Origin: the human T2T-CHM13v2.0 reference genome, Homo sapiens
Length of the DNA stretch: 64,000 nt
Direction: 5' to 3' (one strand)
Assembly (NCBI RefSeq): GCF_009914755.1
Contig: NC_060926.1
Every line of letters begins with the position of its first letter. Within the stretch, counting starts at the first letter, position 1. Shown here in pieces: positions 13,899 through 31,000 of the stretch. The notes under the pieces are model-generated. The model saw only the letters and a list, made by a program, of their open reading frames with translations. It was not told where the DNA came from and made no database searches. The position numbers were made by a program, and so were the translations under genes.

Positions 13899-15729
13899 TT
13901 ATATAAACTGAAACACTGCCAGTTTGAACTAAGGGAGACAGAGAAAGTGGGAAAGAATGAAGAAGACTGCTGAACTTCTTGGATCCCACCAGGAGAGGAC
14001 TATAGAGCTATCCAGCTGCCAATGTAAGTTTTCCTTCTAGAAAAGGGAAGAAAAAGGAAGGATGACCCAAAGGCTCTTCAGAGACCATCTGGGCTGCCCC
14101 TCCCACCATAGGTCCAGGGGAAAAGACTGATTGCTCCTTGGTTTCAACAAGCCAGGCTGTTTCTGCCTGGAGCCTTGGGGGCAGGACCCCAGCCTGGAAA
14201 ATTGTGGAAGTGGAGCTGTCGCCTAAAGTCATGGATGTGGAGTCACCACCCAAGTTGGTCCAGAAAATGGACCACCACCCATGTAGGACTGGAAAGTCAG
14301 GAATTGAGCCAAAAAAGATTATTTTTGAGACTTAATATCTAAAGGAGTTTGCCTTGTAGTGGAATTTTTTGGGACCCATCACAACTTCCTTTCTTTCATT
14401 TCTCTCTGTTAGAATAGGTCGTCTATTCTATGCATGTCACAGCATGATACTTTGGAAGCACGTAATTTGTGTAGTTTCTCAGTTCACAGCTAGAGAGAAA
14501 TTTTGCATCAGGATGAACTATACACTTCCATTCTCACCTATATCTGATTTAAGTGATATTATTTGAGAGTTTGGAGTTTATACAGGAAAAAGTTAATGTT
14601 TTGGGGGATGCTTGGATGAAATAAATTTATTTTGCATGCAAACAGAACGTAAAGTTTTGGGGAAGAGGAGCAGAATATTATGTGTCCTAACCCTCAGTAT
14701 GGCTACATTTGGAGATAGGGCCTCTAAGGTAGTAACTAAGGCTAAATGAGGTCATAAAGTTGGAAAACTGATCCACTAGAATTAGTGCCCTTAACAAGAT
14801 GAGATGCTAGAGAGTTCTTTTTCTCCCTTTTTCTCTTTCCCCATGTGTACAAAGGAGAGGTCATGTGAGCACACTTGAGATCACTACTGTCTACTAGCCA
14901 AAATAAGGGGCCTCAGAATGAAGCCTTCCTTGCTATCACCTTAAGCTTGGACTTCTGGCCTCCAGGACTGTGAAATAAGCCTCTGTTGTTTAAGCCAACC
15001 CATCTGTGGTATTTCATTCTGAGAGCCTGAGCCTGCTAACATAGGCACCATCACCATGGCCTGGTAAGGCTTTGTATGAAGATATGTGGATGATGTCACA
15101 ATGATGGAGGAAATGTAGCTGCAGCTGATGAAGCATTTTGTGAGAAAGTATTGTTAGTTCTTCTGCAGGTGTCCAAAAACATTTCTTGAAAGAGAGATGA
15201 GTGAAATTCTGCAATTTAATAATTGAGTGGTGGCTTTAGTGGAATTTATCTAATTTATAGACTCTGGACTGAGAGGAAGACCACAAGGATCATTATATTA
15301 GCTTCCTCCAGATACTGGGATCTTTCTCCAGAGAAAGTACCTCTGAATTTAGGGAAGAGCCTACAGAAGCATGATCATTTATCCTTTCTTGAACATCTTC
15401 CTTCTTTCTCCATTACATAGTACAGATCTTTATAACATTTAAATGAGGCTGGAACTGGGAGGGGGTTATACATGTGGCGAATTGTTCCTTTCTTGTGCTA
15501 AGTTACATTTAACATACAATTGAAATCCAAACTGGAGCCATTTATATATATTTAGGCTCTATTTCTCATGGTATCCAACTGGGGACCACGGCATTAATAC
15601 ATTTTCTTAAGATCCTCTAAGGTGCAGTTCTCCTTGTCTTTCTATGTTATCCCAAAGGACCACGACTACTGAAATGGAGTCCAGGCAACTCTAAATTAAT
15701 CCATGTCTTTGGATTGCATATTGGCTAAC

Positions 15730-16445
15730 CTTTTACCCCTTCAGTTCTTTTAACTGCCCTTCTCTGCCCTGCATTGTGCCCAAGGAGGCTTGTTCTATGA
15801 CTAGATTCCTTCATCAAGTTCTCTTGCTGTCTGGCTGATTCATTTCTGTAAGTAAGAGGCACCCAGTGCCAATAGGAGAGGTAGTATTTATTTCTTGCTA
15901 ATCATTCCTGCCTTGCTACAGTTCTGAAGTAACTGGTTTCTGCTACAGCAGTAGTTGTCAACCTGTGGCAATTTTCCTCCTAGGGAATTTTTAGCAGTGT
16001 CTGGAGACATTTTTGGTTGTGGAGATTGAGGTCTACTGGCATCTAGTGGGTACAGGCAAGGGGTGTTTCTAAACATGCTACAATGTGCAGAATACCCTGT
16101 TACCCCCAAGGAAAAAAGAACTATCTGATCTAAAATGTCAAAAGTGCAGCTGCTGAGAAACCCTAGGCTATAAATATAGATCTTGCTAGATGAGCCCTCT
16201 AGACAAGCCCTCCTTCACAGCTACAGCTCCTACCTAGATCTGATAACCCTGCATCTTCACTTTATCTCTTCAGGCCTAGTGGAGTGGTAAGAGATTCCTG
16301 TTGTTTCTGTTTGAATTTTTCACCACCCTTTGCAGATCCTCCCCTTAACACTACTCCTATTTCTACAAAATTCCCTCTATTAAATTCTCTTTTTATTCAA
16401 AGTTTTGAGTGTGCAGTATTTCTTTCTGGCATTCTGACTGACATG
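15730..16445 (+). mobile_element. LTR33-like ERVL LTR interrupted by MER20
   Basis: 'ctctgccctgcattgtgcccaaggaggct' and 3' end 'tttgagtgtgc...tttctttctggcattctgactgaca' resemble LTR33. Confidence 0.55.
15949..16165 (+). mobile_element. MER20 (hAT-Charlie)
   Basis: 'cagtagttgtcaacctg...tgtctggagacatttttggttgt...tactggcatctagtgggta...aaaatgtcaaaagtgc...tgagaaaccct'. Confidence 0.9.
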
Positions 16446-16544
16446 TAATTTAGGTGCACATGCAGCAATTTATATGGACGTTTAACATCATCTTAATTTG
16501 TGTATTACATTAGAGGTGAAATGACAAACTTCTTTCATCTGTAC

Positions 16545-16760
16545 TAATTGCTAACATTTATTGAGTGATGTCTCTGTGTCACCCATCTTTATGAGTGCTT
16601 TATGTGAATTGAAAACTCATTTAGTGTTCACAGCAATGCTATAATTCGGGTAGTAATAGGATTCCCATTTAAAAAATGGTAAAATTGAGGCACAGGTGTG
16701 AAATGACTTGCCCAAGATCACATACTGAAAGTGGTTCTTAAGACTTGTGCTCAAATACTA
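16545..16760 (-). mobile_element. MIR
   Basis: MIR core 'cccattt...aaaattgaggcacag...tgacttgcccaagatcaca'. Confidence 0.75.
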
Positions 16761-19700
16761 TCTCGTGTAGATACTCTGCCTTCAGAAATAAACCACTCTA
16801 TAATATCTAAAGCTACAGTTGGCTGTAGTTTATCATCCAAGTGTGAATCACAAACAGATTTTCAGGGTAGCATTCAAGGCAAGTCTTGATGGCAATCCAT
16901 GCTCCCACTCTGCATAGCATTTCATTTTCTCTTTCTTTTACTTCTCTTCCTTAACTTCTTTCCTCCTGTCCTGCTTCCCTTTTTCTCTTCCTTTGTTCTT
17001 CTTTTATTTTTACATGCCTCTTCACATCTACTCTTGCCTATTTTTGCAAAATGCAGGTTTGTCTCTGGCACCTAAATGTTAAAATGGACTGAGTTCTGTC
17101 TTTTGAGTCAGAATGACACGCAAACCATCAGCAGCAGAAAGAATCTATAAAATATTAATTAAGCCTATTCCTGGGATTTAATGAAATGTTAGGCATAAAA
17201 TCATTTAAACATTAATTTTCTAAGTGCCAGTCCCTTGAAATGACAATATAAGCCAATTTCATAAGAAATTTGTGACATAATTGATTGATTCTTAAAGACT
17301 ATACTCAGGAAACAGAAAAAGCAGGTTTTAATTTATGTGCATATTATATAGAGATAGAATCTTTTTTAAAAGACAAAGTGATATAATTTATGTAAGGCCT
17401 TTGGTTTGAAAATATAAAATGTTGCTATTTGAAAGTAATAGCTTCTCTTCTCTAAGAAATTATGACAATAGAGGAAAAGTATATTGGTTTCTTTACATGC
17501 AACAATTCTAAGAATGGTAACTTCTTCTATCTATTTTTCACAACAAATACACACAACACTTAATATCAAAAGCTTAGTCTGGCCAACACTGTGATAAATT
17601 GATGCATTGGTGGATGAGTGAAATTAGATTTTTTCTTTAGAATAAATATTGGCTTTTCATTAGGTCAATCCAGAGTTTAAAGCATGCAAAAGAACTACCC
17701 AGGAAGTGACGGTTTCTTCAAAGAGGTATAAATACTCTTTCTAGAGATACACAAATTATCCATGCTTGGGGAAAACATTTTTTTCCCCAATTTCTATGGC
17801 TAATTGAGAGAAAGCACAACATAAATGTCCTAAATTTATATATGGAAAGAGTTAGGACTGGAAGTTTATGATTGTAAATTCAAAGAGCTCTTCTATTTTT
17901 TCCTCTTATAGGTACAAATATATCCTCAAAAATTAGGAAAATAAAAAATCCCTTATTATTTATGGCAACTTTCTCCAAATATCTTTCATGCAGTACGAGA
18001 ACAAAGATATTCTCACTAGGCATTGCGGAGACTTCACTGAAATTAGGATCTGATTCCTCCTGCATGAAACCGGTAAATATTTCTGAATGATTTGGAGAGA
18101 TGAATTGCTTTTTTCATTATTTGTAGGCTATAGAATGTGCTGGGGACATGCTATATTGAAATTCACATAAAACTGACACAAAGAAATGTCTTTTCTTGAT
18201 GTACACATCACTCTAGTTAGTGTTACAAAGAGGTTTGAACAAAGATACCAAACGAAGCATCTTGTGGCACAGTTTAAGAAATGACTCAACTTTCTTTGAG
18301 GGCCTCCTCATAATCACTAAATAGTTTTAGGAACAGTGGGGCTATAAAGAATGTATTTCATTTCATGACCATAAAAAGAGGCAGGTGAAGGTCATTAACA
18401 TCTTCATAGGACTAGAAGGAACGTTCTGCTCCCTTGGTTTCATAAACTGCCACCACTATTTAAGGAACTCCTATTTACTTAGACTTAATCTACCCTGAAA
18501 AACACACAGAAAAGTGATCTCTAATGATTCCACTATGTTCTTATTCCCAATCACATGTAGGACTAGAAAAATGTCCTGATAAATAAAATGAAGAAATTAA
18601 TTTGGAAGATATTTAAGGCCTGCTTTTGCCTTAGTCTGTGTTTTCTGTGAACACAAACTTCTCTATTGGGAGTAGTTGACAGTGATAATATAAGCTAAGC
18701 TGGGAAAATAATTAAATGAATTTCGGATTTGAGACGTCTCTAAATAAAAGCTCACTTGCAACTGAAAAAAAAACAAAAATAATAACGAAAACAATAATAT
18801 GGTTGTTAAAATCCTATGCTAAGTGTGTCCAATGTTCTTTATCACATTGGTCCACCTACTGTAATTCACCTGACTTAGGATTTTATTAGAAATGCAAACT
18901 CTCATGTCTGACGCCAACATACTGAATTCGTATCGGCATTTTAACAGGACCCCCCAGATGACTCGTATTTATATTAAAGTTTGTGAAGCACTGCTTTACA
19001 GATCAGTTGTTTCACGGAAATTATCTACCAGAATGGAAATTGTATTTTTCATAGGAAAAATAGAAGCCCTATGTTTCTGCCATGCCTAGATAAAAAAGTG
19101 CATTATAACAAAAAATAATACCTTTTTTTCAGAATGCTGAGAAGTCACAGCAGCAATAGCATCAACTATAAACTTCTTAGAAATATAAATCATTTATCCC
19201 CATCCCAGACCTACTCGATCAAACCTCTGGGCTTGGGCCCAGGAATCTGTTTGAGCAGGCCTGACATTATTCTGATGCATACTGTTGCTTTTAGAGTGGG
19301 AGATGAAGACTCACCAGATGTAGTCAATCAGTCTGAAAGTCAATTGACTAGTTACCAAATAAAAGGGAAATGTAAGTTTCAAAAAGGGGCTTAGATGGAA
19401 AATGGACTTTTTTCATGAACAATGCCAAGTTTTAAAGGATTAATAATATAATACATGTGAAATAGATCATGGTTGCTATATTTTCTGCAATGTCATAAAT
19501 CCTTGTCTTTCAAAACTCATACAAAATATTAGCTCCTTCGGTAAACTCATTTCTTAATAACAGTAACTTTTTGCTGTTCTGAACTCCCATCTCCATCATC
19601 TGTATTGACCATGTGGTGATTTTTACTTTCCAAAAATTGTTACCAGGGACCACAGAGGAACTGCTTTCTGGAGTAGTGTAATGTTCTGGAGGGTAAGGTT

Positions 19701-21261
19701 TGTGTCTTGTACCTATGTAACCCCCAGCCACCTATATCTGCAACACAGTTGATATCAAATATGTGTTCTCTATTTAAATGTTTGTTAATGTTTTAATTTC
19801 GGGATGAAAAGGCCAGTATTTTTGCTTGTTTCTTTCTGGTTTGGAGGTCATTTTAATTCTTTTTAAAAGATGAGTAACTACCTGTAAAATACATTGAGAT
19901 CTCTTGATTAAAAGTAAAAGCTATGTAAAATACATCTCCTTTTACATATTCAGCATTTTTTAAAAACCACCAGCAAAGTCACAGAAGGTCTTCTACCCCC
20001 CAGTAGTACAATTGAAACATCTGACATAACATAAAATATGTCTCCATTTTCATGCATTTAAATTTCTAATTGTTTCTCGATCCCTTGGAGAGCTTTTCTA
20101 GGTCAACTAAGTACTCACACTGTGCTACATGTTCCAAGAGTTCAAGTTAGCCTTTTCTCTGTAATCCTCAAAAAACAGAATGCTACCACATGCTCCTCAT
20201 TTATACAATCGTTAGAAAAGATCCTAAGAATAATTTGATTATTTGACTGTCAAATGCAAGCCCTTACAGTTGTAGATGTCTGTTTAATGATGTTATTCCT
20301 AGCTCCTTAACATTTAATATTTGCCTCTTCTTGTACTTTAGTTTCTAATCCAGATTTAATCCTGAAAAAAACTTTTTACAAGGTAACGAATTGTTGAAAA
20401 TACAGTGACACAATCACTGATTCCTCACTTTCAATTCAAAGAAATGATTAAAGGAAGAAAAAGATGAAGGGAGAGCCACAGGAGTTGGAATCGCTGTATC
20501 AGCTCTTCGGAAACAGTATCAAGTCCCATTCATGTCCCATGACCTTAGAGGGTTTCGGTGAGATTTAATGCAGCAGGAATGAGATAGAAGAAAGAAAACA
20601 ATGGCTGACTCAGAACTACTCCATCTGATTTAGATAAGATTGAAGCAAAATCCCATGAAAATGACCTTGTTTGTAAGAATGAGGAATGGAGGTGAGGTGG
20701 GACAGTAGCAAGGGCTCCAGGAGGAACCCCTTTAACCACTGAGCTCCCACCACTTTTTTAAGTAGCTGCCTGGAGGAGCTGAGGCTGAGCACTGCCTTTG
20801 CTTCGGGCTTTGGCTAAAACACTTGCCTGAAGCAGCAAGAAGACTGCGTGCTGTACCTCAAATTCTTGCCAGGTGAACAGAAAAAAAAAAAAAGAAAAAG
20901 AAAAGAAGAACATCAGTTTAAGTCTGGCCTGGAAGGCACATCAAAGGCAGAGGTGAACCTAAACTGCAGGCAGAAGATCTTTCTCCTCACATACCCAAGG
21001 GACTGGTCCCTTCCTTTGCCTCTAATGCTGTAGAATTCTTGATTCAACAGCCCCTTCAACCAACCTCACATCCTGGAGGACTCTAACTCTATGTGACGAT
21101 GAGGAGTTTGAGGGACACCTACCCAGGTGATTTTTGAGGAAAGCTGCAGTCCAGCGTTTCTCTTATCAAAAAGAGAGGGATAATAAACCAAAATAGACAT
21201 CAAAACATAGGGAGTAGGTATGACACAAATGCCAAGATTTAAGGGAATTATGTAAGAATGG

Positions 21262-21620
21262 TGTTATGGACCGAATGTTGTATCTCCCTAAATTTCTATG
21301 TTGAGATCGTAACACCCAATTCGATGGTATTAAGAAGTAAGACCTTTGGGAGGTAATTAGATCATAAGAGTGGAGCTCTCATCATGGGACCAGTGCCATT
21401 ATCAAAGAAACCCGGAGAGCTCTCTGACTCTACTCTTTTCCACCAAATGCAGACACATTGAGAAGACGGCCATCTATGAACCAAGAGGGAGGACATCAGA
21501 TCAGCCACCATTTCGATCTTGAACTTCCCAGGCTCCAGAAATGTGAGAAATAATTTTTTTTAATTAAAGCCACCCAGTCTAGGGTACTTTTTGTTATAGC
21601 AGCCTGAACAGACTAAGAAA
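21262..21620 (+). mobile_element. MLT1A0-like solo LTR
   Basis: Starts 'tgttatggaccgaatg'; 'gatcttgaacttcccaggctccagaa.tgtgagaaataa...gttatagcagcctgaacagactaaga' at the end. Confidence 0.8.
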
Positions 21621-21904
21621 AATTAAATGGGAAAGAAGTAGTGATAGGCAAAGAGAATAGGAAACTGAGCAATGTCTAAATAAAAGTTGGTAGTCTAGTA
21701 CTAAAATAATAGAAAATAAATGTTGAAAGGGACAAATATGTTTTAAAAATCATAACCTAGTTGTAAAACTGAACATGACAGTCTCAATTTGACCAACCTT
21801 TGGACAGATATTTTTTTTGGCCTATAAGCCCCTGACCTCCATTTAAAGGGGCATTAACTTAGAAAACTTACAATTTGAATTTCTTTCTCCACTCCTTTGA
21901 GGTA

Positions 21905-22307
21905 CAGTAGTGCCCACTTATTCACATTTTTCCTTTCTAGGGATTCAGTTACTCTCAGTATAGTACAATAAGACATTTTGAGAAAGAGACTGCAGTTGTA
22001 TAACTTTTATTACGGTCTGTTGTTATAGTTGTTTTATTTTATTAGTAATTATTGTTGTTAATCTCTTATTGTGACTAATTTATAAATTAAACTTTATCAT
22101 AGGTATGGAATATATAGGAAAAACATACTATATATAGAGTTTGGGTCTACTACCATATCACCCTGTATGCGCCTGATCTCATCTGATCTCAAAAGCTAAG
22201 CAGGGTAGGGCCTGTTTAGTACTTGGATGGGAGTCTGGTACTATCTATGGTTTCATTCACGAATTGAAGGTCTTGCATGTATCCCCCAAGGATAAGGAGT
22301 ACTATTG
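21905..22307. mobile_element. MER44A (Tigger7-derived MITE), interrupted by the 5S pseudogene
   Basis: TA|cagtag...ctattg|TG ends; 'ctaatttataaattaaactttatcataggtatg' matches the MER44A body. Confidence 0.85.
22145..22233 (+). pseudogene. 5S rRNA retropseudogene (nt 1-89, 3'-truncated, tailless)
   Basis: 78/89 identity by manual alignment to recalled human 5S rRNA (GTCTAC...GATCTC...GCTAAGCAGGG...GTACTTGGATGGGAG); flanked by gagtttgg / gagtctgg. Confidence 0.92.
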
Positions 22308-23414
22308 TGTGCCTTTTCCCTAACTCTTGCCAATTTTACAAACCAGGAATATCTTTCTCAAGGACCTGGGAGACATCTCTTTGAAATGTAATCATCAGGA
22401 ATAATGGCGCCTCTATCTTCCAGTCTCTGGGGAATGATAGGAGCCTAATTTCCATAAGCCCCAAGTAGCAAACCCAGATGGCCTAATCACATTTATCATT
22501 CTCCACCATAATGGCCTCCAGTAGTTTTTCACTAGCTCAGTCCAGGGCTTACACACTTTTCTGCCTTTGCTTCCAGCAAAGTTCTGTTTAATTTTTCTCT
22601 CTTATTGCAGTAGTCTTAAATAAACTCTTTCTTGCCATTTAACTTTATTCAGTACAATTCTTCTTTGACAAAACTCATAACATTTCAGTGAAAGCTAGTA
22701 TATTATGCAGTATATATGTGAAAAAGTAAAATCACACATTTTTCATTATGATTTCATATAGTAAAGTGATGTCATTTATCATTCTAGAAGTTGAATTTAA
22801 AGAAAAATGTTAATTTTAGATAAAGTGATTCAAAGCAAAGGAACAACTAAAAATAAAAAATAAATAATAAATTATTAAAATTCCCCTTAAATTAATTTAA
22901 AAATAAATTTAAAATTTCCTAAGATGTAATCTTTACACAGAAAAACACATTAATAAAATATATAAAATCAAAAAGATTTTAGGAAGAAGTAAACAAATAG
23001 AAATCTAAAGAGAAATTGAACAATTCCTCAAAGTTTTTGGCATTTTTTTTTTTTACCATGTAGACAAAATTACGAATAATGGTAGCAGAGGTTTGATCCT
23101 GGAATCAATAAATTTTATTTACCTGGTATAACATATTTCCAGAATTCTTAAATTCCGTTAATGATAAATACATCTTCAATTGAGATAATTACAGCTGTTT
23201 GAGAAAAAAATATATAGCGGATCTTTGAACAATGTGCGGATGAAAGACACCACAGTCAAAATCCATATATATCTTTTGACTACCCGAAAACTTAGCTACT
23301 AATAGCCTACTTTTGACTGGAGGTTTTAGCAAGAACATAGTCAATATATATTTTGTATATTATATGCATTATATGCTGTATTCTTACAATAAAGTAAGCT
23401 AAAGAAAAGGGAAC

Positions 23415-23725
23415 TTTTTTTTTTTTTATTTTTAGTTTTTAGATTGAGTCTTGCTCTGTGGCCAGGCTGGAGTGCAGTGGTGCAATCTTGGCTCACTGCA
23501 ACTTCCAACTTCTGACTCCCCGGTTCAAGCAATTCTCCTGCCTCAACCTCCCTAGTAGCTGGGATTACAGGCACGTGCCACCACTCCCAGATAATTTTTG
23601 TATTTTTAGTAGAGAAGGGGTTTCACCATGTTGGCCAGTGTGGTCTCAATCTCCTGACCTCGTGATCTGCCTGCCTTGGCCTCACAAAGTGCTGGGATTA
23701 CAGGCATGAGCCACCGTGCCCAGCC
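23415..23725 (-). mobile_element. AluS (AluSc-like)
   Basis: Full Alu body with 'gacctcgtgatc', poly(T) at left, imperfect TSD aagaaaagggaac / aataaaagagaac. Confidence 0.9.
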
Positions 23726-25210
23726 AATAAAAGAGAACATTATTAAGAAAATTTAAAAAAGACAAAATATATTTAGTATTCATTAAGTGAAAATGGATTA
23801 TGATAAAGAGCTTCATCCTTATTATCTTCACATTGAGTAGGCTAAGGAGGAGGAACATGAGGAAGGGTTGGTCTTGCTGTCTCAGGGGTGACAGAGGCAG
23901 AAAAGGTAGAGGAGGTGGAAGGAGAGGCAGGAGAGTCAGGCACATTCCGTGTAACTTTATGGAAACACATCATAATTTCTGTCTGACATTTTTGCTTTCT
24001 AATTTCTCTAAAAACATTTCTATAGAGTACCAATATTTTTGCCACTGTTTGCGTAAGTTTCAGTACTTGTATCATAGGAGTGTTCACGTAGTAAACAAAG
24101 TCAAAGTTAGTCTTAAATAATTGAAATCCTTTTGCCAGATTGTCTAATGTAAATTTGTTTTCTGGCATTGCTTCTTCTATGTCTTCTTCCGTAGCAGGTA
24201 CTGGTTCAAAAGCACTCATCTCCATAAAGTTGTCTTCTTTTAATTCCTCTAGTGTGGTGTCTATTAGCTCTCGAATTTCTCCAAGATACATATCTTGAAA
24301 CCCTCCCCTGACTTTTTGCATATCCATTATCTCTTCATGATTTCTTTGATTGGCTCTATCATAAATCTTATGAATTCATTCACAACATTTAGACATTGTT
24401 TCTTCCAGCAGGCATTTATTGTTTTGGGCTTGATGGCTTTTGCAATTTTTTCTGTAAGTAGCATGACATTTTCAATGGTGTAATCCTTCCAGACTTTCAT
24501 AATGTTCAATCATGGTTATCTTCCACAACATTGGCAATCCTTTCTATATAGTACCATGTGTAATGAGTCTGAAAGGTCCTTATGATCCCCTGATCTAGAG
24601 ATTGAATCAGAAATGCATTTGAGGACAAGTAGACCATGTAGATGCCTTTGGTGCTGAACTCATGAGGCTCTGGGCAGCCAGGGGCATTGTTCAATATCAA
24701 AAGAACTCTAAAGGGCAATTATATACTGGAAAGGTATTTTTTGACAATAGGGACAAATCATCAATAGAATCAATTTAAAAAAAGAGTTCTTGTTGTAAAA
24801 CAGACCTTCCTGTTTTACAAGCAAAAGACTGGCAGCTGGTGTTTATCTTTTACCATCAAGGCTCAGGAGTTAGCAGCTTTATAGATAAGTGCAGTCCTGG
24901 TCATAAATCTGACTACATTTGCACGAAACAGTGGAGTTAGCCTATCCCTTCCTATGTTAAATCTTGGTGCTCATTTCTCTCTCTTTTTTTTAAATTTATT
25001 TTTTTATTATACTTTAAGTTTTAGGGTACATGTGCATATTGTGCAGGTTAGTTACATATGTATACATGTGCCATGCTGGTGCGCTGCACCCACTAACTCG
25101 TCATCTAGCATTAGGTATGTCTCCCAATGCTATCCCTCCCGCCTCCCCCCACCCCACAACAGTCCCCAGAGTGTGATATTCCCCTTCCTGTGTCCATATG
25201 ATCTCATTGT

Positions 25211-29053
<3,843 letters not shown>

Positions 29054-29101
29054 TTATTTTGCTCGTTAGTTGATGCAGTTTCTTCCTAGTCTTGATGGTC
29101 T

Positions 29102-30115
29102 TTACATTTTGGCATGATTTTGCAGCGGCTGGTACCGGTTGTTCCTTTCCATGTTTAGTGCTTCCTTCAGGAGCTCTTGTAAGGCAGGCCTGGTGGTGAC
29201 AAAATCTCTCAGCATTTGCTTGTCTGTAAAGTATTTTATTTCTCCTTCACTTATGAAGCTTAGTTTGGCTGGATATGCAATTCTGGGTTGAAAATTCTTT
29301 TCTTTATGAATGTTGAATATTGGCCCCCACTCTCTTCTGGCTTGCAGGGTTTCTGCCGAGAGATCCGCTGTTAGTCTGATGGGCTTCCCTTTGAGGGTAA
29401 CCCGACCTTTCTCTCTGGCTGCCCTTAACATTTTTTCCTTCATTTCAACTTTGGTGAATCTGACAATTATTGTCTTGGAGTTGCTCTTCTCGAGGAGTAT
29501 CTTTGTGTTGTTCTCTGTATTTCCTGAATCTGAACATTGGCTTGCCTTGCTAGATTGGGGAAGTTCTCCTGGATAATCTCCTGCAGAGTGTTTTCCAACT
29601 TGGTTCCATTCTCCCCATCACTTTCAGGTACACCAATCAGACGTAGATTTGGTCTTTTCACATAGTCCCATATTTCTTGGAGGCTTTGCTCATTTCTTTT
29701 TATTCTTTTTCCTCTAAACCCCTTCTCGCTTCATTTCATTCATTTCATCTTCCATTGCTGATACCCTTTTTTCCAGTTGATTGCATCGGCTCCTGAGGCT
29801 TCTGCATTCTTCACGTAGTTCTCGAGCCTTGGTTTTCAGCTCCATCACCTCCTTTAAGCACTTCTCTGTATTGGTTATTCTAGTAATACATTCTTCTAAA
29901 TTTTTTTCAAAGTTTTCAACTTCTTTGACTTTGGTTTCAATGTCCTCCCGTAGCTCAGAGTAATTTCATTGTCTGAAGTCTTCTTCTCTCAGCTTGTCAA
30001 AGTCATTCTCCATCCAGCTTTGTTCCGTTGCTGGTGAGGAACTGCGTTCCTTTGGAGGAGGAGAGCTGCTCTGCTTTTTAGAGTTTCCAGTTTTTCTGTT
30101 CTGTTTTTTCCCCAT
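29102..30115 (-). pseudogene. ORF1: LINE-1 ORF1, disrupted
   Basis: ATG at 30115, TGA at codon 50 (~29967), 2-bp and 1-bp deletions near 29720 and 29469. The C-terminal 113 aa remain open from an internal ATG at 29443. Confidence 0.9.
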
Positions 30116-31000
30116 CTTTATGGTTTTATCTACTTTTGGTCTTTGATGATGGTGATGTACAGATGGGTTTGTGGTGTGGATGTCCTTTCTGTTTGTTAGT
30201 TTTCCTTCTAACAGAGAGGACCCTCAGCTGCAGGTCTGTTGGAATACCCTGCCGTGTGAGGTGTCAGTGTGCCCGTGCTTGGGGGTGCCTCCCAGTTAGG
30301 CTGTTCTGGGGTCAGGGGTCAGGGACCCACTTGAGGAGGCAGTCTGCCCATTCTCAGATCTCCAGCTGCATGCTGGGAGAACCACAGCTCTCTTCAAAGC
30401 TGTCAGACAGGGACATTTAAGTCTGCAGAGGTTACTGCTGTCTTTTTGTTTGTCTGTGCCCTGCCCCCAGAGGTGGAGCCTACAGAGGCAGGCAGGCCTC
30501 CTTGAGCTGTGGTGGGCTCCACCCAGTTCGAGCTTCCTGGCTGCTTTGTTTACCTAATCAAGCCTGTTCAATGGCGGGCACCCCTCCCCCAGCCTGGCTG
30601 CCGCCTTGCAGTTTGATCTCAGACTGCTGTGCTAGCAATCAGCGAGACTCCGTGGGCGTAGGACCCTCCGAGCCAGGTGTGGCATATAATCTTGTGGTGG
30701 GCCCCTTTTTTAAGCCCGTCTGAAAAGCGCAGTATTCGGGTGGGAGTGACCCGATTTTCCAGGTGCGGTGCATCACCCCTTTCTTTGACTCAGAAAGGGA
30801 ACTCCGTGACCCCTTGCGCTTCCCAAGTGAGGCAATGCCTCGCCCTGCTTCGGCTCGCGCATGGTGCGCGCACCCACTGACCTGCGCCCACTGTCTGGCA
30901 CTCCCAATGAGATTAACCCGGTACCTCAGATGGAAATGCAGAAATCACCCGTCCTCTGCGTCGCTCACGCTGGGAGCTATAGACCGGAGCTGTTCCTATT
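30116..31000 (-). promoter_or_regulatory. L1 5'UTR with sense and antisense promoters, CpG-rich, YY1 site missing
   Basis: Starts at (G)AATAGGAACAGCTCCGG; the upstream GGAGCCAAGATGGCC is absent. Many CpGs remain in 30650-30990. Confidence 0.8.
30571..30723 (+). pseudogene. ORF0: L1 ORF0 (antisense), frameshifted to 50 aa
   Basis: MAGTPPPAWLPPCSLISDCCASNQRDSVGVGPSEPG matches the ORF0 N-terminus; a +1 shift then gives FFKPV*. Confidence 0.8.

Larger units (their letters stand above)
21770..22670 (+). mobile_element. ERV1 MER4-group solo LTR (MER31/MER34/MER67-like) hosting MER44A
   Basis: TG...CA ends with 4-bp TSD 'aaac'; 'ctcaaggacctgggag.catctctttgaaatgtaatcatcag'; aataaa near the 3' end. 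Exact family uncertain. Confidence 0.65.

Noticed and set aside
23842-24718. Possible domesticated TIGD-like gene
   Set aside because: Frameshifted Tigger2 remnants; the DN motif is mutated and the ORF is split by an L1.
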